A DNA stretch of 43,288 nt, taken from Candidatus Micrarchaeota archaeon. Lineage in GTDB: Archaea; Micrarchaeota; Micrarchaeia; Micrarchaeales; CABMGC01. Below are positions 1 to 9,460 of the stretch, piece by piece (position 1 is the first letter of the stretch; each line of letters opens with the position of its first letter). The stretch covers positions 1 to 43,288 of the forward strand of contig JAGWGY010000003.1 of assembly GCA_028867115.1 (NCBI GenBank), written 5' to 3'. The translations under genes and the position numbers were made by a program. A model generated the notes under the pieces. That model saw only the letters and a list, made by a program, of their open reading frames with translations, searched no databases and had not been told where the DNA came from.

Positions 1-1048
1 ATGAAGAGCCCCGCCAGGTGATCTCCCTCACCCCTTTTGCAAGCAGCAGGTTTGTCAGATATAGGAACGGAAGCGCGAGGCTTATCACAAAATATAAGCC
101 GAACTTTCGCTTCAGCCTAAAGTATCCGCGCAGCATCCCCAGGATTATTGGGGCAAGCAGAACCAGGAAGAGGGGAGTGTAAAATATCGCCATTACTACT
201 GGTGAGATCAGGAGCAGTATCTGCGCAAGGTAGAATGCTACCCCGAAGTAGAAGTTGCTTGGGTTGCCAAGGATCGAGAGCGCGGTCTGCCGGTTCGCCC
301 ACTCTACGAACTGCTGCGCCCCGTCGTCTTGGTTGACTACCAGCCCGAGATCGTTGCTGTAGAATATCTTGAGCCCCCTCTCCTGGTTGATCGTGGTGAG
401 CGCGATGTCATCAGAAAGCGATTTCTTGAACCTTTCCAGATCCTTGCGGCCAAGGAAGCCATTTCTGAATGCGAGCGAGCCGCCCCATCCGAATCGCGTC
501 ACGTTTGACTCTAGCAATCCCTCCCCGACCAGCCCCCACGCGCTCTTCACCTTTGACCAGAACCCGCCTACGGGGTTGAAGAATGGGTAACTTGTGGAAA
601 GCCCGTAACTTTTATCGGACAATGGCGCGACCAATCCGGCGAGCCAGTTGTTTCCAAAACAGACATCCGAGTCCGCAGTGACATAAACGCCGTAATCCCC
701 ATATTTCTGAAGGGCTGTTGCTATCGCCCTTACCTTTCCACTTCCTTGCGCCTTTGCATCTGAGAGCACACTCCTGATGCCGAGCTTTCGTATCACCTTG
801 AGCGACTCATCAGATTTTTTGTCGACAACGCAGACAACATCATATTTTGGATAATTCTGCTTTTGAAGCGATCTCAGATTCTGCTCGAGCGTGAGGTCCA
901 GCCCCTTGCACGGCACTATCACCAGGGTTTTGGGAAAGTATCCTTTGGGCCTCCTTTCCTGCTCATAGCGCCGCAGGACAAGTGCGAGCATTCCAAGAGA
1001 GAGAAGGACGATGAAGATAGCGTAAGGGTAGAATATCTGCGCTGGCAT
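1..1048 (-). CDS. GT2 family glycosyltransferase, ceramide glucosyltransferase/HpnI-like (3' end cut by window edge)
   Basis: Not in the ORF track; hand-translated from ATG 1048: N-terminal TM, LVIVPCKGLD, GSGKVRA, ADSD, SDDIAL, EWANRQ, C-terminal TMs and ITWRG; frame open to base 1. Confidence 0.85.
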   Translation of the reverse strand, partial: MPAQIFYPYAIFIVLLSLGMLALVLRRYEQERRPKGYFPKTLVIVPCKGLDLTLEQNLRSLQKQNYPKYDVVCVVDKKSDESLKVIRKLGIRSVLSDAKAQGSGKVRAIATALQKYGDYGVYVTADSDVCFGNNWLAGLVAPLSDKSYGLSTSYPFFNPVGGFWSKVKSAWGLVGEGLLESNVTRFGWGGSLAFRNGFLGRKDLERFKKSLSDDIALTTINQERGLKIFYSNDLGLVVNQDDGAQQFVEWANRQTALSILGNPSNFYFGVAFYLAQILLLISPVVMAIFYTPLFLVLLAPIILGMLRGYFRLKRKFGLYFVISLALPFLYLTNLLLAKGVREITWRGSS

Positions 1049-1112
1049 AAACTTATTATATATTTTAATCATAAAAAGATATCATTGCTGCTTTTGCGGC
1101 AGGCTGATCTTT

Positions 1113-2555
1113 ATGGAAAATAGCAAGCATAGCGACGGGTATATCGTGCGCGACCCTGGCCTGCAGAGGAACATACTCGCAGTGCTTATCACAGGGGGAA
1201 TCATGGCCTCTGTGGACTCAACAATAGTCATACTTGCGTTTCCCGACATGGTCAAGAGCCTCGGGTCGAATTTCGCATCGATGATATGGGTAATACTTTC
1301 ATACATGCTCGTTGTGGCGCTGCTCACTACCCAGCTTGGCAGGCTTGGCGACATATACGGCAGGGGCAAGATGTTCAACCTCGGATTCCTCGGGTTCACG
1401 ATTGGCTCTGCCCTGTGCGGGGCTGCGCCCGATGTGATCTTTCTCATAGCATCAAGGGTAGTCCAGGGAGTGGGAGGCGCGCTGATGCAGGCAAACACTG
1501 GCGCCATAATAGCAGACACCTTCCCTCCGGAGAAGCGCGGAAGGGTATACGGGCTAAACGGCATCGGTTGGTCGACAGGATCTGTCCTTGGCATAATACT
1601 CGGGGGCGTGATCACCACATTCCTTGGATGGAGATATATATTTTACATAAACCTGCCGATAGGCGCGATAGCGCTCTACCTCGGCTATAGGTACCTAAAG
1701 GATGAAACCCACGCAAGGACCAGCATAGACTGGCGCGGCATGATTGCGCTTGGTGCGATACTGCTGCTGTTCTCCTATGGCGCTATGGACACCGTGATCA
1801 GCGGGATAACCTCTTTCAATGTGGGGCTGATGGTGCTGGCGCTACTGCTGATACCGGTATTCATCCTGATCGAGAAGCGTGTGAAGTTCCCAACGATCGA
1901 CATCGCTGAGTTCAGGAACAGGTATCTTGCATCCTCAATGTTCTCTAACTTCTTCTTCAGCTTGGGCTTCCTTGCGGTCAGCTTCATGGTCATAATGTAT
2001 CTTCAGGGGGTTAGGGGGCTCTCCCCACTTAACGCCTCCCTGCTGCTTGTACCGAGCTACGTAATCCTTGCAATATCGGCGCCGCAGATGGGCAAGCTTG
2101 GGGACAGGATCGGCCACAGCATAGTCGCAACGGCCGGCCTGCTTGTTATGGTCCTTGGCGTTGCAGTCTACGCCACGATAGGCGCTGCGACCCCGCTTTA
2201 TTTCATAATAATCGGCTCGATGATAACCGGGGTCGGGGCTTCGATGTACTTCCCGTCCAACAACACCGCGATAATGAACAACGTCAGGCAGGAGTTCCGC
2301 GGATCCGCCTCTGGGCTTATGAGGACCATAGGCAACGTCGGGGCGATGTGCAGCTTCGTTGTCGCGCTTGCGATAGCGTCTAACAGCATCCCGAGGGAGG
2401 AGGCGTTCCAGATATTCCTCGGCACATCTAACCTCTCAGGGGACATATCAACAGTCTTTGTGACAGGCCTGCACGCTGCCCTTATTACCTCGGCAGTGAT
2501 GCTGTTTATTGCGGCAGTGCTCTCGCATGCGAGGGGGAAGGAGCGTGCGCTCTAG
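1113..2555 (+). CDS. MFS transporter, DHA2 (EmrB/QacA) drug:H+ antiporter family
   Basis: 480 aa, about 14 TMs, DSTIVILAFP, GRLGDIYGRG motif A, WRYIFYINLPIG. Confidence 0.92.
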   Translation: MENSKHSDGYIVRDPGLQRNILAVLITGGIMASVDSTIVILAFPDMVKSLGSNFASMIWVILSYMLVVALLTTQLGRLGDIYGRGKMFNLGFLGFTIGSALCGAAPDVIFLIASRVVQGVGGALMQANTGAIIADTFPPEKRGRVYGLNGIGWSTGSVLGIILGGVITTFLGWRYIFYINLPIGAIALYLGYRYLKDETHARTSIDWRGMIALGAILLLFSYGAMDTVISGITSFNVGLMVLALLLIPVFILIEKRVKFPTIDIAEFRNRYLASSMFSNFFFSLGFLAVSFMVIMYLQGVRGLSPLNASLLLVPSYVILAISAPQMGKLGDRIGHSIVATAGLLVMVLGVAVYATIGAATPLYFIIIGSMITGVGASMYFPSNNTAIMNNVRQEFRGSASGLMRTIGNVGAMCSFVVALAIASNSIPREEAFQIFLGTSNLSGDISTVFVTGLHAALITSAVMLFIAAVLSHARGKERAL

Positions 2556-2585
2556 AACAGTAAATAACAAGAATACCGTGAATTA

Positions 2586-2602
2586 TTCAATGTTTTATTG
2601 AA
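2586..2602. promoter_or_regulatory. Inverted repeat TTCAAT-N5-ATTGAA upstream of the TATA-rich promoter of the chaperone operon
   Basis: Perfect 6-bp arms at 2586-2591 and 2597-2602; TTTAAATATA box just downstream (~2617-2626). Confidence 0.45.
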
Positions 2603-2644
2603 AATAACGATATTTATTTAAATATATTTATACATAATATAGAC

Positions 2645-3085
2645 ATGGCAGCTGAAGAGAAGATAGTCGTAAGACAGGTGCAGAGGCCGCAGAGGGAGGA
2701 CGTAGATACGCTCGTCTCGTGGTTCCTCAAGTCATTTGACCTATCGGAAGATGAACTTGAACCAGGGATGCTCAAGGAGATCGCAAGTGCAAGCTTTGTC
2801 GGCTCCGGGGTCACAAGCAAGGAGCTGAACGATAAGCTCGATACTCCACGGACCACGGTAATCTACCACCTCAACAGGTTCATAAGCTCAGGGCTTGTGG
2901 TGAGGAAGGGAAGGAAGTACTTCCTGCGCGCAACTGACATGGAGACTACCATCGAGGAGCTGCAGGCGGACATGCTGCGGGAGTTCAACCGCATGATCGA
3001 GTTTGCAGAGAAGTTCGACCAGATGATGATGGGTGACATTTATGGCAGAGGAAAAGAGAGAAAAAGATCAGCAAGAAAACAGTGA
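2645..3085 (+). CDS. Winged-helix (ArsR-like) transcriptional regulator heading the grpE-dnaK-dnaJ operon
   Basis: VTSKELNDKLDTPRTTVIYHLNRFISSGLVVRKGRKYFLR wHTH; overlaps grpE. Confidence 0.75.
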   Translation: MAAEEKIVVRQVQRPQREDVDTLVSWFLKSFDLSEDELEPGMLKEIASASFVGSGVTSKELNDKLDTPRTTVIYHLNRFISSGLVVRKGRKYFLRATDMETTIEELQADMLREFNRMIEFAEKFDQMMMGDIYGRGKERKRSARKQ

Positions 3086-3542
3086 GCCCAAGGAGGCTCC
3101 AAACAAGAATGAGGAGTCTGCCGAGTTGCGGGAGCGGCTACTGAGGCTTGCTGCAGAATTTGACAATTACAAGAAGCGCGTCGCAAAGGAGATAGATGAA
3201 TCAAAGAGCCTCGGCAAGGCGGAGTTCGTGCGGAAGATCCTGCCGACTCTCGATGAATTCGAGCTCGCAATAGCGGCGATGGATGGCGGGAATGGCTCTG
3301 CAAAGGGAATAGAGATGGTGTACGCAAACCTCCTTGCGGCCCTGAAGGCCGAAGGGCTGCAGCAGATAGACGGGAAAGGCAAGGCTGACCCATACAAGCA
3401 TGATGTCGTGATGGTAAGGGAAGACGGGAAGGAGGATGGCACAATAATAGAGGTCGTAAGGAAAGGTTACGCTTTCAATGGGATGCTTATACGCCCTGCA
3501 TCTGTGATAATATCAAAGGGCAAGGCGCAGGAAGGTGAATGA
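3042..3542 (+). CDS. grpE: Nucleotide exchange factor GrpE
   Basis: [34 protein letters not shown]; ATG 5 nt after GGTGA. Confidence 0.95.
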   Translation: MAEEKREKDQQENSEPKEAPNKNEESAELRERLLRLAAEFDNYKKRVAKEIDESKSLGKAEFVRKILPTLDEFELAIAAMDGGNGSAKGIEMVYANLLAALKAEGLQQIDGKGKADPYKHDVVMVREDGKEDGTIIEVVRKGYAFNGMLIRPASVIISKGKAQEGE

Positions 3543-3543
3543 G

Positions 3544-5364
3544 ATGGCAAAGATAATTGGAATTGATTTGGGAACCAGCAACTCGGCTGCAGCGGTACTT
3601 GAAGGCGGAAGGCCGGTCCTGATACCTAGCAGCGAGGGCACGTCGCTTTACGGGAAGTCCTTCCCTAGCTATGTAGCTTTCACTAAGGACGGGCAGAGGC
3701 TGATGGGAGAGCCTGCAAAGAGGCAGGCTGTTGCGAACCCGGAGGGGACTGTCGGCGCGTTCAAGAGGAAGATGGGCACAGACTACAAATACAGGATATT
3801 CGGAAAGGAGTACACGCCCCAGGAGCTCTCGGCAATGCTGCTGCAGAAGATAAAGGCCGACGCAGAGGCATTCCTCGGCGAGCCGGTGACAAAGGCGGTG
3901 ATAACCGTGCCTGCGTACTTCAACGACAACCAGAGGCAGGCGACAAAGGACGCAGGCCAGATAGCAGGGCTTGAGGTGGTTAGGCTCGTAAACGAACCCA
4001 CGGCCGCTAGCCTTGCTTACGGGCTTGACAAGACTGGCAAGGAGATGAAGATCCTTGTTTACGACTTCGGTGGCGGGACCCTGGATGTCACGATAATGGA
4101 ATTCGGGAACGGGGTCTTTGAGGTTAAGTCCACAAACGGAGATACGCAGCTTGGAGGCACTGACATGGACAATGCCATAGTCGACTTCCTCCTAGCAGAG
4201 GTAAAGAAGTCGAGCGGTGTCGATGTCTCTGGGGACAAGCAGGCGATGCAGAGGCTGCGCGAGGCGGGGGAGAAGGCGAAGATAGAGCTATCTACAACCC
4301 TGACCAGCGAGGTGAACCTGCCGTTCCTGACCATGGGGCCGGGGAACGCGCCGGTACACTTCACATACCAGTTCACAAGGGCGAAGCTTGAGGAGATAGT
4401 CGTCCCGATAGTGGAGAGGACCACGAAACCTGTGATGAACGCGCTCAAGGACGCAAAGCTCGAGCCATCAAACATCGACAAGGTCATACTTGTCGGAGGG
4501 CCTACAAGGATGCCGATAGTGCAGAGGTACGTCGAGCAGCTGCTCGGGAAGAAGATCGAAAGGGGCGTCGATCCGATGGAGGCTGTCGCTTTCGGCGCGG
4601 CGATACAGGCAGGGGTCCTCACAGGCGAGGTGAAGGACATAGTGCTCCTGGATGTAACCCCGCTATCCCTTGGGATAGAAACGCTTGGAGGCGTCATGAC
4701 AAAGCTGATCGACAAGAACACCACCATACCGATAAAGAAGTCGCAGGTGTTCAGCACTGCGGATGACTCCCAGCCTAGCGTTGACATACACATACTGCAG
4801 GGGGAGAGGGCGATGGCGAAGGACAACGTGGAACTCGGCAAGTTCACCCTGATGGGCATACCGCCAGCCCCTAGGGGCGTGCCCCAGATAGAGGTCACTT
4901 TTGACATAGACGCAAACGGCATACTCCATGTCACAGCAAAGGATCGTGCGACAAACAAGGAGCAGAGCATGCAGGTGGTCGCTCCGCACAAGATGAGCAA
5001 GGATGACATCGAGAAGAAGATGAAGGAGGCTGAAGGCGCTGCAGAGGAGGACAAGAAGATGAAGGAGTACGTCGAGCTGAAGAACGACACCGAATCGATG
5101 ATATACATGTCAGAGAAGCTGATCAAGGAGAACGGCAGCAAGCTTTCTGCGAAGAGCAAGGAGGATCTCGAGAAGGCGATAGCGGACGCAAAGGATGCGA
5201 TACAAAAGGAGGACGAGTCCGCAATACGCGAGAAGTCTGATGCGCTCAGGACCGCAATGCAGGGCGCGGGCGCTGAGATGTACAAGCAGGGCGGCGCTGG
5301 CGCAGGGCCTGGCGGACCTGAGGAGGGTGGCGCGGATTCTGGAGAGCAGAAAGATGGTAAGTGA
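3544..5364 (+). CDS. dnaK: Chaperone DnaK (Hsp70)
   Basis: [34 protein letters not shown]. Confidence 0.99.
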   Translation: MAKIIGIDLGTSNSAAAVLEGGRPVLIPSSEGTSLYGKSFPSYVAFTKDGQRLMGEPAKRQAVANPEGTVGAFKRKMGTDYKYRIFGKEYTPQELSAMLLQKIKADAEAFLGEPVTKAVITVPAYFNDNQRQATKDAGQIAGLEVVRLVNEPTAASLAYGLDKTGKEMKILVYDFGGGTLDVTIMEFGNGVFEVKSTNGDTQLGGTDMDNAIVDFLLAEVKKSSGVDVSGDKQAMQRLREAGEKAKIELSTTLTSEVNLPFLTMGPGNAPVHFTYQFTRAKLEEIVVPIVERTTKPVMNALKDAKLEPSNIDKVILVGGPTRMPIVQRYVEQLLGKKIERGVDPMEAVAFGAAIQAGVLTGEVKDIVLLDVTPLSLGIETLGGVMTKLIDKNTTIPIKKSQVFSTADDSQPSVDIHILQGERAMAKDNVELGKFTLMGIPPAPRGVPQIEVTFDIDANGILHVTAKDRATNKEQSMQVVAPHKMSKDDIEKKMKEAEGAAEEDKKMKEYVELKNDTESMIYMSEKLIKENGSKLSAKSKEDLEKAIADAKDAIQKEDESAIREKSDALRTAMQGAGAEMYKQGGAGAGPGGPEEGGADSGEQKDGK

Positions 5365-6086
5365 TGGGAAAAGATTACTACCATGTCCTAGGGGTACAGA
5401 AGAGTGCGAGCGCAGACCAGATAAAGAAGGCTTACAGGGAGCTCGCGCTCAAGTACCATCCTGACAGGAACAAGGACAAAGGGGCAGAGGACAGGTTCAA
5501 GGAGATAAACGAGGCTTACGCTGTTCTCAGCGACCCGCAGAAGAGGCAGCAGTATGACATGTTCGGGGCGGAGCAGTTCGGAAGGAGCTTCTCTGAGGAG
5601 GACATATTCCGCGGCTTCAACACCGAGGACCTTTTCAGGGACATGTTTGGCCAGGGATTCGGCTTCGGCGGATTTGAGGGGGGTCCTTTCGGGGGATTCC
5701 AGCAGCAGGAGCAGACTGGCGTGTCGCTCAACCTGTCTTTTGATGACATCGAGAGGGGGATGGACAAGGAGTTCCAGGTGCAGCACTACAAGAGGTGCGC
5801 AAATTGCAGCGGAAGCGGCGGAGAGCCGGGTTCGAAGCAGACAAGGTGCACGCTGTGCAACGGGTCGGGAAGGAGGTACTCGCAGCGCAACAGCCCGTTT
5901 GGCATGATGACAATGATGACGACCTGCAACAAGTGCATGGGGAAGGGGAAGACCTACGAGCAGATCTGCAAGGAGTGCAGGGGGGAGGGAAGAGTGATAG
6001 TCAATGAGAGGTTCAGGGTAAGGGTGGACAACAGCGCAAACGGGGCAGAGCCAGACCAGAAGAAAAAGAAGTTCGGCATGTTCTGA
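5364..6086 (+). CDS. dnaJ: DnaJ, short form (J domain, G/F region, zinc finger; lacks most of the C-terminal domain)
   Basis: KYHPDRN HPD motif; four CxxCxGxG repeats; ends at 240 aa. Confidence 0.9.
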   Translation: MGKDYYHVLGVQKSASADQIKKAYRELALKYHPDRNKDKGAEDRFKEINEAYAVLSDPQKRQQYDMFGAEQFGRSFSEEDIFRGFNTEDLFRDMFGQGFGFGGFEGGPFGGFQQQEQTGVSLNLSFDDIERGMDKEFQVQHYKRCANCSGSGGEPGSKQTRCTLCNGSGRRYSQRNSPFGMMTMMTTCNKCMGKGKTYEQICKECRGEGRVIVNERFRVRVDNSANGAEPDQKKKKFGMF

Positions 6087-6122
6087 TTTTAATCGAGCAC
6101 CTAGATGCACAGCAGGCTCGTT

Positions 6123-7196
6123 TTACCTAGGATTTTTCTTTGGTGTCCTCTGCTGGTTTTTCTCGCCCATTCTCAATGTCAGGTACATCACACCGAATAT
6201 TATGAACAGCCCCAGCGCTATCAACGAATATGAGATGTTGCCTGCAAACTTTGTGAATGGGAGCGCAAGGCCAAGCGCAATGCACATGGATCCGAAGAGC
6301 GGAGGTATTGCGGGGAGGGGCCTTCTGTACCTGATGAGGAAGATCATTGTTGCAAGGAGCCCAAATGCCCCGCCCACCACTATCGCAGTGCTGATGAAGT
6401 AATTTGCTGTGAGTGTATACGCGCTTATCGAGAGCATCAGCGGCAGAGCTAGGTCTCCGGCGCCCAGCTGCACCTGGGCGATAACAGGCACCTCCCCTCC
6501 TTTTATTATCCTCTTTATCACAGGATTGTCGATCTTCTTTACCTCGTTCATATGCGCCTTGAACTCCTTTGCGCCGAGCTGCGACTTGTCGGCCACCTCG
6601 ACATCCGATGCGCTGACAAGGAATGCAAGGTTCCTGCTCGAGAGGGCCTTTGCGAAAGTCACCATGTGCTTTGTGATGAATACCGCGACATAGTCATAGA
6701 TTGCGACAAGCATGAGCAGCAGGAAGGACTGCGGCAGCGAGAAGCTTGCGCCGAGCACGACCCCTAGCCCTATGCTGGATACGATCACTACCGTGTTCTT
6801 TAGCACAGGCCACCTTATCTTCCCAAGATAGAGCAGCACAGCAAGTATCGCAGACAGCCCTATCGCAGCCGCAGCAACGGCCGTAGGGAGCAGGAATGAT
6901 ACGATTATGAAAAAGAAGAAGAATGAGGGCACGACTACCGCAAACGCCTCAAGCCCCCGAAAGAGCAACTCCCCGCTGTAGAAACGAATTATCAGTATGA
7001 GTATTATTGCGAACAGTATGATTGCCCCGAAATAGGACAATGTCTGCTCGATCGAGTTTATCGCCGGCGCCTGCGTCTGCGTGATCGGCTGCGGCCCGAC
7101 AAACAGCAGGGTGGCAAGCAGCATGCCCCCGAGCTGGACGATTAAGAAGAATGATAGGATGTGGACTAGCTGCCTTGTCTCTATCCTAATGAGCAA
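6123..7196 (-). CDS. Presenilin/signal peptide peptidase family (A22) intramembrane aspartic protease
   Basis: YD (IYDYVAVF), GxGD (LGAGD) and PAL-like (PLPAIP) motifs; multiple TMs. Confidence 0.88.
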   Translation of the reverse strand: MLIRIETRQLVHILSFFLIVQLGGMLLATLLFVGPQPITQTQAPAINSIEQTLSYFGAIILFAIILILIIRFYSGELLFRGLEAFAVVVPSFFFFFIIVSFLLPTAVAAAAIGLSAILAVLLYLGKIRWPVLKNTVVIVSSIGLGVVLGASFSLPQSFLLLMLVAIYDYVAVFITKHMVTFAKALSSRNLAFLVSASDVEVADKSQLGAKEFKAHMNEVKKIDNPVIKRIIKGGEVPVIAQVQLGAGDLALPLMLSISAYTLTANYFISTAIVVGGAFGLLATMIFLIRYRRPLPAIPPLFGSMCIALGLALPFTKFAGNISYSLIALGLFIIFGVMYLTLRMGEKNQQRTPKKNPR

Positions 7197-7204
7197 TCAG
7201 ACAC

Positions 7205-9265
7205 CTATTCCTCGTCGTGCTTTACGAGCTTGAGGATTCCGGGCTTAGGGCTGTACACGTCCCCTATCCTCTCTAGCTCGCTGATATACCTGGTTGTTAT
7301 CCCGCTGTCGATGTTCTCCTTTGCCGCCTCCTCGAACACCCTCTTCATCTGCGCGTACCCCTCCTCTGACTCTAGCCTCTTTATTATGTTGAGGATCGCG
7401 TTCATCTTCGTGACCTTCTCGCGCGGCATGCCAGTTAGTATCGCGTCTATGTCGCGGTTTCCGCTGCTGTCGACACCAAGGGTCCTGAACATGAATTCGA
7501 AGAGGCTAACAGCAAGCTCTGAGTCCTTGAGCTCTATGGTCTCTGATAGCCTTGACTTTGCGCTCGCCTCTGCAAGCCTAACGAGCCCCTCGATCTGCCT
7601 AGGGGTGATCGGCGTTGAGCCGGTCTTCGTCCCCATCTTCCTGAGCTCGATGTAATAGTTCTCTATCTTCGCTGTTGCCTCTGGCGAGAGCCTAGGCCTC
7701 ACGTTCTTCTTTGCATATGCGATGAACTTCCTGAGCATCTCCTGCGGTATAGGAGGCGCCTCGACCTGCTCATACTCCTTTATGTCTGCAAGCTTTGCGC
7801 CTGCGGCCTCGTGCTGCACCAGTATGTGCTTTGCGATCTTCTTGTCCTGCTCCTCATCCAGCACGTCCTTTATCGGGTATATCAGGTCGAATCTTGAGAG
7901 AAGCGCAGGCGATATCTCGAACTGCTCGGCTGCGTACCTGTTCGGATCGAACCTTCCGAACTTCGGGTTTGCTGCCGCAAGCACCGATGCCTTTGCTATG
8001 AACCTTGCGACTATTCCGGCCTTCGCTACGCTTATCGTCTGTGATTCCAGCGCCTCGAGAAGCGAGGATTTGTCATCCTCCCCTATCTTGTCGAATTCGT
8101 CTATTGACACCTCCCCTCCGGATCCAAGGACCAGGGCTCCTGCCTTGAGCGTCCATCCGCCTTCCGCGAACTCGTCGCGCTCTGCGGATGCGGTGAGTCC
8201 TGCCGATGTGGTCGACTTTCCGCTCACGTATATTCCCTTGGGCACGATCGCTGATACTGCCTGCAGCAGCCTTGTCTTAGCAGAGCCTGGGTCGCCGATT
8301 AGCAGGACGTGTATGTCGCTCCTTATCGGGGCGCCGTCTATCAGCTTCTTGTCAGGGGTGCCCCCGAAGAGCTGGAGCGCAAGCGACTGCTTTATCTCAG
8401 TGTGGCCGTAAATCGATGGCGCAATCGACATTGCTATCTTGTCAAATATTCTAGGGTCCTTCGCCATCTCCCTGATCTCGCGCTCCTCGTCCGGGGAGAT
8501 GTCGATCTCTGCGAACTCCTTCTGCCTTGTTTTTATCGAGACGCAATCGAAGAACATCGTGAAAAGCGTCTTGTCCTCCTTGCCACGCGCGTTCCTCTTT
8601 GGCCTTATCCTAAGTATCCCAGTGATGTCGACGCGGTCCCCTGGCAGGATTGTGTTTACAAGATCGTCTGCGAGCCATACCTCGAGCTGCCATGTCGGGG
8701 TGCTCCCTTTTAGCCTCTCGAGAGGGTCCTGGACAGCTATCCTCTGCAGGTTGATGAAGCCTGACTCGTCCGTGACCTGCTTAAGCGACCTTCGCTTGCA
8801 CTGAGGGCAGATGTCAGGCACGTTCTCGTTGTCCACCTGGATCTTGAGCACAGACCCGCAAAATGAGCAACGGTAAACCCCAAGGTGGACCTTTGGCGTG
8901 ATCTCTGACCTCTTCACGACAAGCGAATCTAGGACCAGGAGGTTTCCGATGTACTGCGAGCCCACATCCTGTATCATCGGGCTGTCAGCGTCTATCCCTA
9001 TGAACCTCGCATAGACCGGTTCCTTTGCTTCAGAGTTCGGGTTCATTGAGGCAAGGGCCTCGTTTGCCGCAGGGACTACGTTGTCTGGCTTGCTTATCAG
9101 GTCATGGACAAGGTCCGAATCGAACTTCTGCAGGTCCCTTGCGTCTATCAGCACGCTCCTCTTCTTCGGGTAGCTGATGTACATGCTGTTGATTTGCTCC
9201 AGGTAGTAGGAGTTGAAAAAGTCGACGAACTTGCCCTTGAGCTCTTCAATAGCTATCGCATCCAT
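7205..9265 (-). CDS. mcm: Replicative helicase MCM
   Basis: C4 zinc finger, GDPGSAKT Walker A, IDEFDK Walker B, SRFD arginine finger. Confidence 0.97.
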   Translation of the reverse strand: MDAIAIEELKGKFVDFFNSYYLEQINSMYISYPKKRSVLIDARDLQKFDSDLVHDLISKPDNVVPAANEALASMNPNSEAKEPVYARFIGIDADSPMIQDVGSQYIGNLLVLDSLVVKRSEITPKVHLGVYRCSFCGSVLKIQVDNENVPDICPQCKRRSLKQVTDESGFINLQRIAVQDPLERLKGSTPTWQLEVWLADDLVNTILPGDRVDITGILRIRPKRNARGKEDKTLFTMFFDCVSIKTRQKEFAEIDISPDEEREIREMAKDPRIFDKIAMSIAPSIYGHTEIKQSLALQLFGGTPDKKLIDGAPIRSDIHVLLIGDPGSAKTRLLQAVSAIVPKGIYVSGKSTTSAGLTASAERDEFAEGGWTLKAGALVLGSGGEVSIDEFDKIGEDDKSSLLEALESQTISVAKAGIVARFIAKASVLAAANPKFGRFDPNRYAAEQFEISPALLSRFDLIYPIKDVLDEEQDKKIAKHILVQHEAAGAKLADIKEYEQVEAPPIPQEMLRKFIAYAKKNVRPRLSPEATAKIENYYIELRKMGTKTGSTPITPRQIEGLVRLAEASAKSRLSETIELKDSELAVSLFEFMFRTLGVDSSGNRDIDAILTGMPREKVTKMNAILNIIKRLESEEGYAQMKRVFEEAAKENIDSGITTRYISELERIGDVYSPKPGILKLVKHDEE

Positions 9266-9460
9266 CCCTATGCCCCCAAATGTAGGATTATATGTGCATA
9301 GTTGAGCTTAAAAGGAATAAAAGCCCTGACCGAAACTTCCACTAAAAGCCGCAAGGACGGGCTAAATAGGAACAGAAAAGCTCTATCTGATTAATATTAT
9401 TTGCCATCAAACTATCCTTTACAATAAATAATGGGCTCTGATGATTAAGACGGTGATTAC

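Noticed and set aside
117-1123. Short track ORFs at the window start
   Set aside because: Explained by the minus-strand GT2 gene that lacks a stop within the window
4059-5384. 441-aa ORF antisense to dnaK
   Set aside because: Well-known shadow ORF produced by dnaK codon bias; no independent motifs
5388-6110. 240-aa ORF antisense to dnaJ, and similar antisense ORFs over mcm, pyk, rps4 and leuA
   Set aside because: Shadow frames of well-supported genes
9325-9336. CTGACCGAAAC resembling a hammerhead ribozyme core
   Set aside because: Lacks CUGAnGA, stem II and a suitable cleavage-site arrangement
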